DNA of 64,000 nt from Candidatus Bathyarchaeota archaeon (GCA_963782525.1 CAWAKC010000001.1:352001-416000), one strand, 5' to 3'. Positions 30,631 to 41,179 are shown, counted from the first letter of the stretch. The notes: a model not told the origin generated them from the letters alone. Translations and numbers: made by a program.

Positions 30631-30792
30631 ATGGAATCGGGGGCAAAAGACTTGGAGGGTGTGTTGGCGAAGTTTTCAAAAAGAGTCAGCCGCCTGCCTG
30701 TTGATTTGCAGCATGTTTTTTGTGAAGACCTGGCGACTGCTGCAGAGAGTCGAATTTGTGTTTTAGAGAAATACGGGTTGCAGTCTTCTTGA
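30631..30792 (+). CDS. Small helical hypothetical protein (53 aa)
   Basis: MESGAKDLEGVLAKFSKRVSRLPVDLQHVFCEDLATAAESRICVLEKYGLQSS. A degenerate paralog (LEGLLDKFSERISKMPV-stop) lies near 29708-29765. Confidence 0.5.
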   Translation: MESGAKDLEGVLAKFSKRVSRLPVDLQHVFCEDLATAAESRICVLEKYGLQSS

Positions 30793-31137
30793 ATAGATTT
30801 GATTTAGGGCGCCAGCTGGAGAACTGCCAGCCCGGCGATCTAATATGTTGCATCTGGACCGATGCTTCCATTGGGAAAACAAGCACTAACGGCGGAGTTA
30901 TCGATGTTCCGGTGCGTAGTTGGGGTGTTTTTGTCGGGGTCTTTGGCAAGCGTAACACATTATTTTAGCCCAAAACAGCTTCGAATATGCTGACGGCCTC
31001 TGCGATCTGGACTATACAGCTATTCCGCTGGACTGGGCACATCATTGCCTGTAAACTGATCCTTTTCGGCATCTCATCCGGGGTATCACTGGGATACTTT
31101 GGGGAAATCTTTTATTCATATAAGTCAACATCAATGT

Positions 31138-32142
31138 ATGGCTAGATTCCTCCGCAACACAGAGCTATACGAAATTATTCTTCAAAAATCATTAGAAACA
31201 AAAAATATTCTATGGGTATGCTCCCCCTCTCTTGGTTTAGGTGCCCACAGAGTTTTTTCTCAAGAAATTCTAAAGAATCCTCCCGCAGACCTCCGTTTTA
31301 TCTTTCAAGTAAATGATTTTACAGTCAATTCAGGAAAAGTCAATCCTTACGAAATACAATACCTCCTAGAGCACTTCAAGGACATCAGCATTAAATCTCA
31401 CGAAAATTTTAATTCAAACATCTACATTTTTGACGATTCAGCACTAATCACGTCAGCCTCCTTGACAGAAGCAGCGTTTGAAAGCAACATTGAAGCCGGG
31501 GTACTGCTTGAGGGGTCCGATGCAGAACAAGTAAAAAGTTTCTTCATTGAAAGCTTGTGGAACACTTCCAAATCGATAGGTGAATTAAAAAAATATAAGC
31601 TGATATGGAATTCAGCGCAGAAAGCAACCAAAAAAGCTAACCTGAAAAAAGTTAAGCCGCATACCAAAATCAAAGATTGGACAAATGCCTACATTAATAC
31701 GTGGTACATCGGAGTTCCCAAGGGGATATCTGCAAAATCTGAACGAAAGATAAAGAAAGAAATGAATTGGCAAACCAATCTCTCGGTTTTAGGAGACGTT
31801 GGTTACCAAGCGTTTATGCACCTTAAACTTGGCGACTACGCCTATTTAGCTGACTTTAGTAAACGCAGCAAAATCGGTTTTTCCTTAGTTCGAATCACTG
31901 ATAAAGTTAAAATTGAAACCGACGAGGGCGACCTTCACTGTGCCTACGAAACAGAAAAAAACTACATATTGGGCAGGGAACAATTTTATGATTTGCTAAA
32001 GAACCTCAACATTAGATCTAAAACCTCTGAAACCATACTCAATGAAACTCAACTACAACAGGTAACTAACGTTCTCTCTTCCACCAAGCATAAGAGGAAA
32101 TCCAAGTCTAAGAAAAGAGTTAAAGCAGTAACCAAAACGTGA
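31138..32142 (+). CDS. Phospholipase D-like (Nuc/PLDc_2) domain protein with degenerate HKD motif
   Basis: CSP...FNSNIYIFDDSALITSASLT...NIEAGV...W follows the PLD nuclease pattern. ATG 31138 lies downstream of a TATA-like box. Confidence 0.7.
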   Translation: MARFLRNTELYEIILQKSLETKNILWVCSPSLGLGAHRVFSQEILKNPPADLRFIFQVNDFTVNSGKVNPYEIQYLLEHFKDISIKSHENFNSNIYIFDDSALITSASLTEAAFESNIEAGVLLEGSDAEQVKSFFIESLWNTSKSIGELKKYKLIWNSAQKATKKANLKKVKPHTKIKDWTNAYINTWYIGVPKGISAKSERKIKKEMNWQTNLSVLGDVGYQAFMHLKLGDYAYLADFSKRSKIGFSLVRITDKVKIETDEGDLHCAYETEKNYILGREQFYDLLKNLNIRSKTSETILNETQLQQVTNVLSSTKHKRKSKSKKRVKAVTKT

Positions 32143-32271
32143 GCAACACTCTGTATTTTCTTTGCCTGCTGATAATTCAATCTGCCAATTCATTGCGCAC
32201 ACCGGATCAATTTTTATTAAAAATTGGTTGCTCAAGGCAGGTTTATTATATTGAGTTCTTGATTTTTCAGA

Positions 32272-32919
32272 ATGCAACCTCAAAAGAAAAAACTACCCGC
32301 AAAGAATCATTGGAGCCAATACAGTTGCCCCACTGGCGCTTTAGGTAGGACAGTGGCTGCAAACATGAACAAGAGACATTGGGACTTGACGACTTGGGGG
32401 CTAAAACATGTGAGCTTCAAGTCGGGTTTTGTAATTTTGGATGTGGGGTGTGGGGGAGGCAAAACCATAAGTCGTCTCGCAAGGCGAGCAGGGGAAGGTA
32501 AAGTTTATGGTTTAGACCAATCTGCAGACATGGTTGAGTATTCAAGGCAAATCAACAGAAAACTTGTTGTTGAAAATCGTGTGGAAATTGTTAAGCGTAC
32601 GGTTGAGAAAACGGGTTTCAAAGACGAGTTCTTTGACTTGGTAACGGCTATTGAAACCTACTATTTCTGGCCAAACCTCGTAGATGCATTTCAGGAGATA
32701 AAACGTGTCCTAAAGAAAGGAGGATACCTACTGATTATAAGTGAAATGATTAAGGATGGCTTGTATGAAGTGGAGAATGCAAAAATAATTGCTAAAACGC
32801 AGGTGCATCTTGTGCCTCTAGAGGAAATGCAGAGGATTTTGCATTCTGTTTGCTTTAGTAATGTAGAGGTTTATAGAAAGAGAAAATCGAATTGGAATAT
32901 GGTTATTGCTCAAAAATAG
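32272..32919 (+). CDS. Class I SAM-dependent methyltransferase
   Basis: ILDVGCGGG, FDLVTAIETYYFWP and RVLKKGG. Confidence 0.92.
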   Translation: MQPQKKKLPAKNHWSQYSCPTGALGRTVAANMNKRHWDLTTWGLKHVSFKSGFVILDVGCGGGKTISRLARRAGEGKVYGLDQSADMVEYSRQINRKLVVENRVEIVKRTVEKTGFKDEFFDLVTAIETYYFWPNLVDAFQEIKRVLKKGGYLLIISEMIKDGLYEVENAKIIAKTQVHLVPLEEMQRILHSVCFSNVEVYRKRKSNWNMVIAQK

Positions 32920-33545
32920 TGTCTGGTTGCTATTCGTCAATCGTTCACATTACAAAATAATATCAATACGTTGATCCACTATTTCTAACAATAGCACACC
33001 AATAGCACAGTTTTTCACAACAATTATGAACTAATCACAAACACCCTTATATGGAAATATGAGGATAGTAATATCAAAAAACAACGGTGAAAAAATGGAT
33101 AAACCATACCCAAAGAAAAACGCTCCAATAGAAATCCTGTACTTCCCACACGGATAGGCGAAAAAAATGATTACAGAAACAAGTATACTCGTAATCGCGT
33201 TATGCACAAGCTCGTTAACGGCAGCATTCTTGTACTATAATACAAAATATCGAAAATTCATCAAAGAAATAGCTAACCACGCCTAAACCAAACAAGGAGA
33301 TGACAAAAAAAATTAGACTTCAGTTAGCAATAAAACCTCAAACGACCCTCAATCCCTTATAGCAAGGGATCCATACACCTTTTTTTTAAAACCAAAAATC
33401 GGTTTATCTTAATAAAAACTAACAAAGAATTGAATGACAAATATGCCTCATTAACAGAATTTGGGACATAAAAGTTGATACTTTGATTTATTGCCTCTAC
33501 TGGATTTAGCAAAGAAAACCATGTCACAGCAATGCGGTGGATAAT

Positions 33546-36500
33546 TTATTGCGCTTTTGATTTGTCAGATTTAACATATATTTCAACCTTCACTGGGACT
33601 GTGTCTTTCCCAAGGAATTCAGGCAGATTCCCGGTCCATTGCGCTGTTGAGTCAGCGGTGAAGCCAACGGTCTGCGAAATCCCTCGCCATAACAGCGCCT
33701 TGTCGTAGTCTTTGGCGTCTTGGGGCATGAACTCGAAGATTGATCTGCTTGCGATGATGACGAGTTTTTTCTTCATACGTGAGATGGCTACGTTGATTCT
33801 GTTTAAGTTGAGTAGGAAGTCGCTTTCGCTTCGGACGTAGTCGGGGTCGCTGACTGTGGTTGAGATAATGATGAAGTCTGCTTCGCCGCCTTGGTAACGC
33901 TCGACAGTATCGATTCTAGCGTTTTCGCATCCATCTGAGAGCATGTTTTTGAGCAAACCCTTCTGTGCGTTATGCGGTGTAATCACTCCCACGCCGTCGC
34001 CTTTTACGCTGCGAACCAACGCCTCCACAATCGAAGCCTCAACGAGGTTGGATTGAAAACTCTCCGCTTCATCATGAACGATCAACACAAACACGTTCTC
34101 AGGCTCCAAAACAACGCCTAACCCATCCGTCTTAGGTTCCGAAGCTGGCAACGTTTGTTTTTGGTCGGAGCGGAAATCAATCTTGTCCTTTTCATATACC
34201 CATTCCCGCAAAAACTCGGCCACGACCGAGTGGCACCTGTGGCTTTCACATAAACGTTCAGCGGGCAATTGGTCAGCGGAAATAGCCAACTCGGATTTGC
34301 GTTTTAAGCGTTCCACTCCAAGGTCTTCATTTCGCAGCAACCGCAGAAAATCCATCGCTGAAAGAAAAGACGCCATTTCCTCGAGCGTTCGGCGGTCTTC
34401 TTTTTCCCAGTTATGCGCTTGAATAGGCGGCAACTGCCGGTGGTCTCCTGCCACGAGAATCTGGCTGTTCTTGGTGAGAAATGAGCCTGAAAGTATCAGT
34501 TCGGGCAGACGCATCATGCTTGCCTCGTCAACTACGAGCAAATCGAAGAAGCCCTCACCCCATGGCGGCTCGGAATCGCCGATTTTCTTCATTAGCCCAT
34601 ACAATCCTGGAGGCGTGAGACATAAAATCAGGGGTTCTGACTCCGAAGCTGATGGAGTTAACGTTGACTGGTTCATTAAACAATCAGTTAATTCTGCAAC
34701 TGTCTCTTCGTCCTCATTGTAGTTGACGTAGGTGACACCTTCAAGGGGTTTAGCCGTTGAGGTGGCACTACTCAGTACCCGATAAATCATCAGGTCTTTT
34801 AGGTCGTTGCCGCCGCCTGTGCAGTATTCCCGCCAACACTTGGCGAGTTTGCTAACGAATTCTTGGATGGCTTTATGGGTTGGAGCAACCATCAAAACCC
34901 TGCACCTGCCATGTGCTCTGTGAGCGGCGACGTGTGCTAAAACCGTCAGCTGTAAAGTCTCAGTTTTCCCAGTTCCAGGCGGACCCTGCAACATAACAAT
35001 CTGCTCCTTACCGAAAACCCGCTCGATAAACCGCTGCTGCTCCGCTTTAGGAGAAAAGCGTCTAGCTGCAACCCAACGCAAAAACGGTAAAGCTGAATCC
35101 CGAGGCAAAGCCGCATGTGAAGAAGTCTCAGATTTACCCGCTAAAAAGCCCGACAACAAACCGTAGAGCACATTGTTGCCGGCATAATCAAGGCATTTAG
35201 CTGCCCGATCAGAAATAATGTCATCCGCCAACTCATCTAAAATGTAGATTCTGCCAACTTCGAAAAGTTGCATATATTTGCTCTTAGCTTTCTCGGGGTC
35301 AGTTGTTGGAAGGTTGTGCCAAGCACTGTATTTTCTGCCTTTTTTGCCACTGGGCCAGGTAACTACGTTGATAATTATTTCGCTCTTTCGAACATCCACT
35401 TTTTCCACGATTGCTCGGGCTGACTTTTCAACTTCGGCAGGCGAGCGTTTTTGGGCTTCCTCAAATTGCCCCTGCTCATTGCGCCTCAGTTCAGTTACAA
35501 CCATCCAATCGCCTGAACTAGACCCATCCGCACCTTTAACCCTGCAAGCATTAGCAACACAATCAGCCTTCGGCAAACCAATACCTTCGAAGAACAGTTT
35601 GCCCCGAACCACAAAATCCTTCTCTGACTCAGCAACGCCTGTGCACTCAAAAATCAGCGACCTGCCCGAAGCCACTCGCTGGTAAGGAAGCAAAGCATAA
35701 TGTTGGTACATTTCTTGGCGCTTTGAAAAATATTCTAAATCCAAAAATTCTCTGCAGCCACGCTCAAGTGTCGAAGCACCCAACGAAAAAGTTGCTATAG
35801 TAGGAACCGCAATCGGTTTCTTACCCAAACGTCTGTTGCGAATAGTCAGCGACCGCTCAATGTACTCGAGAGCCATACAGAGTTTTAATCCCATGAGGTT
35901 CAGTTCTTCGTCAGTGATTCTCCTTTTTTTCTGTACATAGTCGCACCACTTGTGCTTCTCGAGCAGAACTTTTGTTGGATAATTGTCTAAACGATTTTTG
36001 GCAGCCCACAAATACTCTATGGGGATTTGGTTGCCAAACCGAGCCCGAGCTGGGTAATAGCCATCTATGTGTCCGTATCCATTGTCAAGAAAATGGATTA
36101 AGCCATCAGGGTTTCTTTTGAAGGGAAGCGAATAATTAAACAGCCCATCGCGGAAAACTAAACGTAAATCAACCGATGAGCCATCTTTACGCGTTGCCAA
36201 CCACGCTTTATTTTCAAAAAAGATCGATTGCTCAAGAATTGGCAAAAGCCCAGTGCTATGATACTTTAGCGCCTTTCGATGCACTACTTCGTCTTGAAGG
36301 ATCGAAAACATGGGTTGATCGATAGCCTGTCTTAGACCCAAAAGATCTCTAATTGCCATAGCGCCTAGCAAAGTAGGTTGGCGACGAACTGCTTCCATAA
36401 GTACGTCTCGTTCCCCTCTACTGAAGAAGTAAAGGTGAATCGGGACTTCGTCAGGGTTGCCTACTTCAGTGGCGACTTTTGTGATAGCGGCAGTTAGGCC

Positions 36501-37880
36501 TTGGAAGAAGGTTTCCAGCAGCTTTTTTTCCTCATCCAAGCATTCTTTTCGATCGTCGGGAAGACTGCCAATTACATGCGAAACTTTTAACGGGTCGCCT
36601 TTGAAGCGTGAACAGCTCACCCTTGCACTAATCATCGAAATAATATCAAGCATGTAGTCACGTTCAACGAAGAGGTAAACGCGAATCATACTGTCTGGGC
36701 TGAACAAAAGCGCTGAGTCCACACCGTTTAATGGGCTATCTTCGGGAAGGCCGCCGTAACCTGTTCCTGTTAACCAGGGCATATACTTGCTTTTGCTGGC
36801 ATAGGGGCTGCTGGGTCGGATTCCACCAAGCATATATTGGGCCCGCTGAACCAGCCAGTCTAACTTGGCTCCGACGACTCGGTCGATAGCTAACAAACGC
36901 ACCTTCTCAGCATCTAAAGCGCGAATACTTTTGAAATCGTAGGGACGCAAATCACTAGATTCCAAAACAACCTTCAACCTTGCAAGGTCCTCTAACCGTT
37001 TAACTCCATAGTGCCCAAGAGCTCTCTGCTCACCCCTACTCAAATTAAGTAACGCAATACTTTCGTTTTCAACAGAACAAACAATACAATACTCGTTAAA
37101 CCCGCAGTTATCACATCTTGAGCCTAGCTGATACTCAACCTCGGGAAGAGGAGTCTTGTGAATTCGGTTTAACTCACCGTTTTCAGCAAGTAGACGTTCA
37201 ACATCTTGAATTAATGGGCTTAACTTGAATTTTGGGAGAGTTTCTGGAGTTAGATTTTCCAAATTCGTTTCCCGATTAATTACTCCACCTTCTAACTCGA
37301 TTTTAGGCAACAGATTCTTTAATTCTTTTGACAGGAGCAGAACGTAGATGGCTACTTGTATTCGGTGAGCAGTTTGCTCCAGCCAAGAAGATTTTAGCTC
37401 GAAAATTCTCACTTTCAATTTTTCGTCTTTACAACGCCAAATAGCAATCAAGTCGGCAATGCCCTTGATTTTCCAAACTCCAATCTTTCCCAGCATTGGA
37501 ACCTGATAAAGCAAAACAGGCTTACCAGCAGCAGTTTCTTTTGAAGAAATCTGTTCCTCAATTATTCTTCGCAAATTGTTAAACGAAGCCTGCTCGTTTT
37601 CAGAATAATTATTAAAATCATGGTAATCGGCTGATTTTTCCTTGAGTTCAGCGACTTTTTTCTCTTCAAGAGCCTTTCCAACACCGTAGAGAAGGGGGCT
37701 GATGGGCTTGAATGTGGGGTATTTGGGGCTTTCTGTCTCGTCATCGTCTTGGAGTCTTAGTTTAAAGAATCGGGGGCAGCAGTTGAATCGGATGTACTCT
37801 GCTATTCCAGAAGCAGTTAACGAATCCTTGCTTCGCTTCTTTTTGTATAAATGCTCTAAATCTAAGTCATCCTTGCTCAA
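33546..37880 (-). CDS. Cas4/RecB-like Fe-S nuclease fused to a Upf1/Dna2-like SF1 helicase (1444 aa)
   Basis: The N-terminus has CCPR, GIADL, ELKSS, QVAIY and CDNC...C. The C-terminus has QGPPGTGKT, APTHKA, DEAS, GDHRQLPP, ITPHNAQ, TVERYQGGE and RINVAISR. Confidence 0.88.
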   Translation of the reverse strand: MSKDDLDLEHLYKKKRSKDSLTASGIAEYIRFNCCPRFFKLRLQDDDETESPKYPTFKPISPLLYGVGKALEEKKVAELKEKSADYHDFNNYSENEQASFNNLRRIIEEQISSKETAAGKPVLLYQVPMLGKIGVWKIKGIADLIAIWRCKDEKLKVRIFELKSSWLEQTAHRIQVAIYVLLLSKELKNLLPKIELEGGVINRETNLENLTPETLPKFKLSPLIQDVERLLAENGELNRIHKTPLPEVEYQLGSRCDNCGFNEYCIVCSVENESIALLNLSRGEQRALGHYGVKRLEDLARLKVVLESSDLRPYDFKSIRALDAEKVRLLAIDRVVGAKLDWLVQRAQYMLGGIRPSSPYASKSKYMPWLTGTGYGGLPEDSPLNGVDSALLFSPDSMIRVYLFVERDYMLDIISMISARVSCSRFKGDPLKVSHVIGSLPDDRKECLDEEKKLLETFFQGLTAAITKVATEVGNPDEVPIHLYFFSRGERDVLMEAVRRQPTLLGAMAIRDLLGLRQAIDQPMFSILQDEVVHRKALKYHSTGLLPILEQSIFFENKAWLATRKDGSSVDLRLVFRDGLFNYSLPFKRNPDGLIHFLDNGYGHIDGYYPARARFGNQIPIEYLWAAKNRLDNYPTKVLLEKHKWCDYVQKKRRITDEELNLMGLKLCMALEYIERSLTIRNRRLGKKPIAVPTIATFSLGASTLERGCREFLDLEYFSKRQEMYQHYALLPYQRVASGRSLIFECTGVAESEKDFVVRGKLFFEGIGLPKADCVANACRVKGADGSSSGDWMVVTELRRNEQGQFEEAQKRSPAEVEKSARAIVEKVDVRKSEIIINVVTWPSGKKGRKYSAWHNLPTTDPEKAKSKYMQLFEVGRIYILDELADDIISDRAAKCLDYAGNNVLYGLLSGFLAGKSETSSHAALPRDSALPFLRWVAARRFSPKAEQQRFIERVFGKEQIVMLQGPPGTGKTETLQLTVLAHVAAHRAHGRCRVLMVAPTHKAIQEFVSKLAKCWREYCTGGGNDLKDLMIYRVLSSATSTAKPLEGVTYVNYNEDEETVAELTDCLMNQSTLTPSASESEPLILCLTPPGLYGLMKKIGDSEPPWGEGFFDLLVVDEASMMRLPELILSGSFLTKNSQILVAGDHRQLPPIQAHNWEKEDRRTLEEMASFLSAMDFLRLLRNEDLGVERLKRKSELAISADQLPAERLCESHRCHSVVAEFLREWVYEKDKIDFRSDQKQTLPASEPKTDGLGVVLEPENVFVLIVHDEAESFQSNLVEASIVEALVRSVKGDGVGVITPHNAQKGLLKNMLSDGCENARIDTVERYQGGEADFIIISTTVSDPDYVRSESDFLLNLNRINVAISRMKKKLVIIASRSIFEFMPQDAKDYDKALLWRGISQTVGFTADSTAQWTGNLPEFLGKDTVPVKVEIYVKSDKSKAQ

Positions 37881-37989
37881 CCGTTGTCCACCTCTCTTTA
37901 GTAAACGCTCTCAGCTTAAACTAACCATAATTATTGTATTTACCGTAGCCTACGTTTAAAGGCATTACCAAAGAACCCGACTGCTAAGA

Positions 37990-38319
37990 TTACACTCTCA
38001 CCAGCAGAAGAGGAACCAACATACTTGACGAAACAGCCATTTCCACAGTTTCTGTTTTTCTATCTAACTTCAACCGGAGATGACAGTTTTCTTTTACGAT
38101 ACAATACTCACAACTTACATTTTCTTTTTGGGTTTGACAATCCATTACAATTTGGGCAAACATCTTCTCAACCTCGGGAAGCCACACATAGAGAGCACCC
38201 TGCTTATAGGCAATGTCAACTGTGAGGCAGCATTTTTGGTTGTTTGCCTTTGGTTTTTGTTCGATTGTCTTGAACATGAAAATGTGCAAAAAAATGTTTT
38301 TAAAGCATTTACTGCCCAA
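37990..38319 (-). CDS. Hypothetical protein (Cys-containing)
   Basis: ORF with CEYC...C. The true start may be the internal MFKTIEQ. Confidence 0.4.
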   Translation of the reverse strand: MGSKCFKNIFLHIFMFKTIEQKPKANNQKCCLTVDIAYKQGALYVWLPEVEKMFAQIVMDCQTQKENVSCEYCIVKENCHLRLKLDRKTETVEMAVSSSMLVPLLLVRV

Positions 38320-38393
38320 TGTTTTCCCTAAGCATTCAGCTTTTTTATAGGAAAAGAAAATAGATTTGGGTTTAAATTCTGAGTCTTAGTTTT

Positions 38394-38759
38394 TTAGGTT
38401 GTTTCTTTGACTTTGATGTGTTCCGTAGCTTGCACTTTGTTTGTTTTGATGTCTAGCCAACAATGGAATAAGTCTTCGTTGCCCATTTTGTGGCTATGTG
38501 GCTCTGGCTGCACGTGCGAAACAATCATGCTGAAGCACACGTCGGAAATTGAGACCTTATAGTTTCCATTCGGAAGGACTTTCGCAGTTACGTGACTTTC
38601 GTCTGTTGGCGAGTTCCCGTAGGTACCTTCGTTTTCTATGTTTAGTTCATGTTCGAGCCAAAGTTCCAATAGTTCGGTGTTTGGTCGTTTTGGTTTTTTA
38701 ATCTCTTTGTTAATGAACTCAATGTATTGTTGCGGAATTGTTAATTCAAATTCTTTCAA
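38394..38759 (-). CDS. Hypothetical protein (121 aa)
   Basis: TTG-started ORF with a TATA-like box upstream. No motif. Confidence 0.55.
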   Translation of the reverse strand: MKEFELTIPQQYIEFINKEIKKPKRPNTELLELWLEHELNIENEGTYGNSPTDESHVTAKVLPNGNYKVSISDVCFSMIVSHVQPEPHSHKMGNEDLFHCWLDIKTNKVQATEHIKVKETT

Positions 38760-38865
38760 ATCAAATACCCCGGTTTTGAGATTGAAGAATGCTGTATAAA
38801 TATTGATTGGAAATAAATTATGTGTAACCCCATCGCTCTAAAAAACGGGGTATGACCATTATGGC

Positions 38866-39999
38866 TTAAGTTGTTTTTTGGGCGTCGTTTTTGTTGTTGT
38901 GCAATTCTGATAGTTTGAGAAGTGCCTCTTTGTAGACTACAATTGAATCTAAGTATTCTTTGACGTCTATGTGTTCGTCTAGGGTGTGGTCGAGGTGTGA
39001 GTCGCCTGGTCCATACGTTACTATGGGAAGGTTCATGGCTTTTCCGAGGATGTTCATGTCACCAGTCCCTGTTTTGTGCAAAAGCGTTGCAGGTTTGTTT
39101 AGTACTTTCCTTACTGAAGATGAGAGTACATGAACTAGCGGCGAGGATTTGTTTACTTCAAACGGCTCCACAGTGTCAAGAACTGTTGACTTCACAGAAA
39201 CCTTTTGGTTAGCTGTTTGATACTTTGTTATTATTTTTTGTATCTGTTCAAACACCTGAGTTGTAGAGAACTGGATGGGCACTCGAACGTCTATGTTCAT
39301 TTCTGCTTCAAAGGGAACCACTGAGGTTGCTCTGCCACCCACAAGTCTAACTAAGCAGGCTGTGACGGCATTGTATGGGCTTGCTGATGGATCCAGCGAG
39401 GGGTATGAGGACGCATTTTTGATTTGTTCCCAAAGCTCAATGGATTTCTCCAAAGAATTATCGTAAAGCCAAGGAGTAGAAGCATGTCCAGTCTCCGTTT
39501 TGAGGACAATTTTTAGTTGGATTTGACCTTTGTACCCTATTGTTACGTTTTCTACACCGCTGGGTTCACCGAAAATGGCGTAGTCAGCTTTGATGCCCTG
39601 TGTGATTAGGTGTTTGACGCCTCGGCTGGTGGCTTCTTCCTCAACGACTGCGGCAACTAAGATTTTGCCCTTAAACGTGGGCTCTGTACCGGCAGCCAAA
39701 GCAGCCATAACCATTGCGGCAAGCGGACCCTTCGCATCCACCGCGCCTCGGGCGTAGATTTTCCCTTCCTCGATTCGGAGCGGCAGATGCCCAACCACGG
39801 TGTCCATGTGACCGCATAATAGGATGACTGGTTCGCCTTCGCCGACGACACCGATTACGTTTCCGATAGCGTCTTTGCCAACTTCAAAACCCATCTTGTT
39901 CATTTCCATTTCTAAGAAGTTAGCCGCGTCCTCTTCTTTGCCCGATGGGCTGTAGATCCCTAAGAGGTTAGTTAGGAACCGTACTGCTTGCTCGCTCAT
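38866..39999 (-). CDS. lysK: [LysW]-lysine/ornithine hydrolase (M20 peptidase)
   Basis: GHMDTV, GRGAVDAKG-like ARGAVDAKG, EEE, GEPS, GTGDMN and YGPGDS..DH, in a lysW cluster. Confidence 0.93.
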   Translation of the reverse strand: MSEQAVRFLTNLLGIYSPSGKEEDAANFLEMEMNKMGFEVGKDAIGNVIGVVGEGEPVILLCGHMDTVVGHLPLRIEEGKIYARGAVDAKGPLAAMVMAALAAGTEPTFKGKILVAAVVEEEATSRGVKHLITQGIKADYAIFGEPSGVENVTIGYKGQIQLKIVLKTETGHASTPWLYDNSLEKSIELWEQIKNASSYPSLDPSASPYNAVTACLVRLVGGRATSVVPFEAEMNIDVRVPIQFSTTQVFEQIQKIITKYQTANQKVSVKSTVLDTVEPFEVNKSSPLVHVLSSSVRKVLNKPATLLHKTGTGDMNILGKAMNLPIVTYGPGDSHLDHTLDEHIDVKEYLDSIVVYKEALLKLSELHNNKNDAQKTT

Positions 40000-41179
40000 T
40001 CTCTTCTTCCTCCAATACAGAATCTAAAACGGCTATGGCTTTGTCAATTTGTGCTTTCTCGATTACGAGCGGCGGCAGTAAACGAACTACGGTTCTGCCA
40101 GCATCCAACACCAAAAGTCCCTTTTCCTGTGCTTTTAGGAGTATGTTGTGAACGTCGTATCGTAGCTCCATACCCAGCATCAAGCCTAAGCCACGGACTT
40201 CCTTGATGATTTTATGCTTCGCCTGCAAAGCTTCCAGTTGCGACTTGAAGTATTTGCCGTTAACAGCTGCTCTATCGGCAAGTTTCTCGTCCAAGAGAGC
40301 GTCGATTGCAGCGCATCCTGCCGCGCAAACCAGCGGGCTTCCGCTGAAAGTAGTTGAGTGTTCTCCGACTTTGAGCGAGGACATGATGTTTTCCTTAGCA
40401 ACTGTTATCCCGATGGGCAATCCACCAGCAAACGGCTTGGCTAAGCACATAATATCTGGCGTGACACCCCAGTTTTGGCAACCGAACAGTTTTCCGGTAC
40501 GTCCAAAGCTGGTTTGCACTTCATCAAAAATTAACAGAACACCTTTTTCATTGCAGATTTCCCGAACAGCTTGCAAGTAACCGTCTGGTGGAACTCGGAT
40601 ACCTCCTTCTCCACGAATTGGCTCCATTAAGACTGCGGCGGTTTTGTCGGTTATGGCTTCGCGGATTTTGTCTGCGTTATCTGGGGCAACATGTTTGACT
40701 TCTGGAATTAGTGGCATGAAGGGTTCGCGATACTTTTTATCCCATGTCGCTGACAGGGCGCCCATTGTTTTGCCGTGAAAAGCCCCCATCAACGCAATGA
40801 TTTCTGGTTTACCCTTGTATTTGCGAGCGAGTTTTATGGCGCATTCGACGGATTCAGCACCACTGTTTGAAAGGAACGCTTTGTCCAATCCCTTGGGAAT
40901 TATTTTAACTAGTTTTTCTATGAATTCGGCGCGTTTATCGTTGTAATAGCAGCTGTGGCATGTGATGAGTTGTTCCACTTGAGCTTTTACTGCTGCCACA
41001 ATCTTCGGGTGACAGTGACCCAGAGCTGCAACGCCGTAGCTGCTTGCGCAATCTACGTATTCTCTGTCGTTAATATCCCATAGAAGTGCGCCCCTGCCAC
41101 GTGTAATGACAACTGGTTTTTTAGAGAAAACATTCGCTAAGTATCGATTTTCAATATCCATTATTTCTTTGTCATTCAC
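39968..41179 (-). CDS. lysJ: [LysW]-semialdehyde aminotransferase (class III PLP)
   Basis: NSGAES, FHGKT, DEVQT..GRTG and LAK. Confidence 0.93.
   Translation of the reverse strand: MNDKEIMDIENRYLANVFSKKPVVITRGRGALLWDINDREYVDCASSYGVAALGHCHPKIVAAVKAQVEQLITCHSCYYNDKRAEFIEKLVKIIPKGLDKAFLSNSGAESVECAIKLARKYKGKPEIIALMGAFHGKTMGALSATWDKKYREPFMPLIPEVKHVAPDNADKIREAITDKTAAVLMEPIRGEGGIRVPPDGYLQAVREICNEKGVLLIFDEVQTSFGRTGKLFGCQNWGVTPDIMCLAKPFAGGLPIGITVAKENIMSSLKVGEHSTTFSGSPLVCAAGCAAIDALLDEKLADRAAVNGKYFKSQLEALQAKHKIIKEVRGLGLMLGMELRYDVHNILLKAQEKGLLVLDAGRTVVRLLPPLVIEKAQIDKAIAVLDSVLEEEENERASSTVPN

Noticed and set aside
36900-37880. Cas4-like domain as evidence of a CRISPR-Cas locus
   Set aside because: It is fused to an SF1 helicase, with no cas1/cas2 or array in the window.
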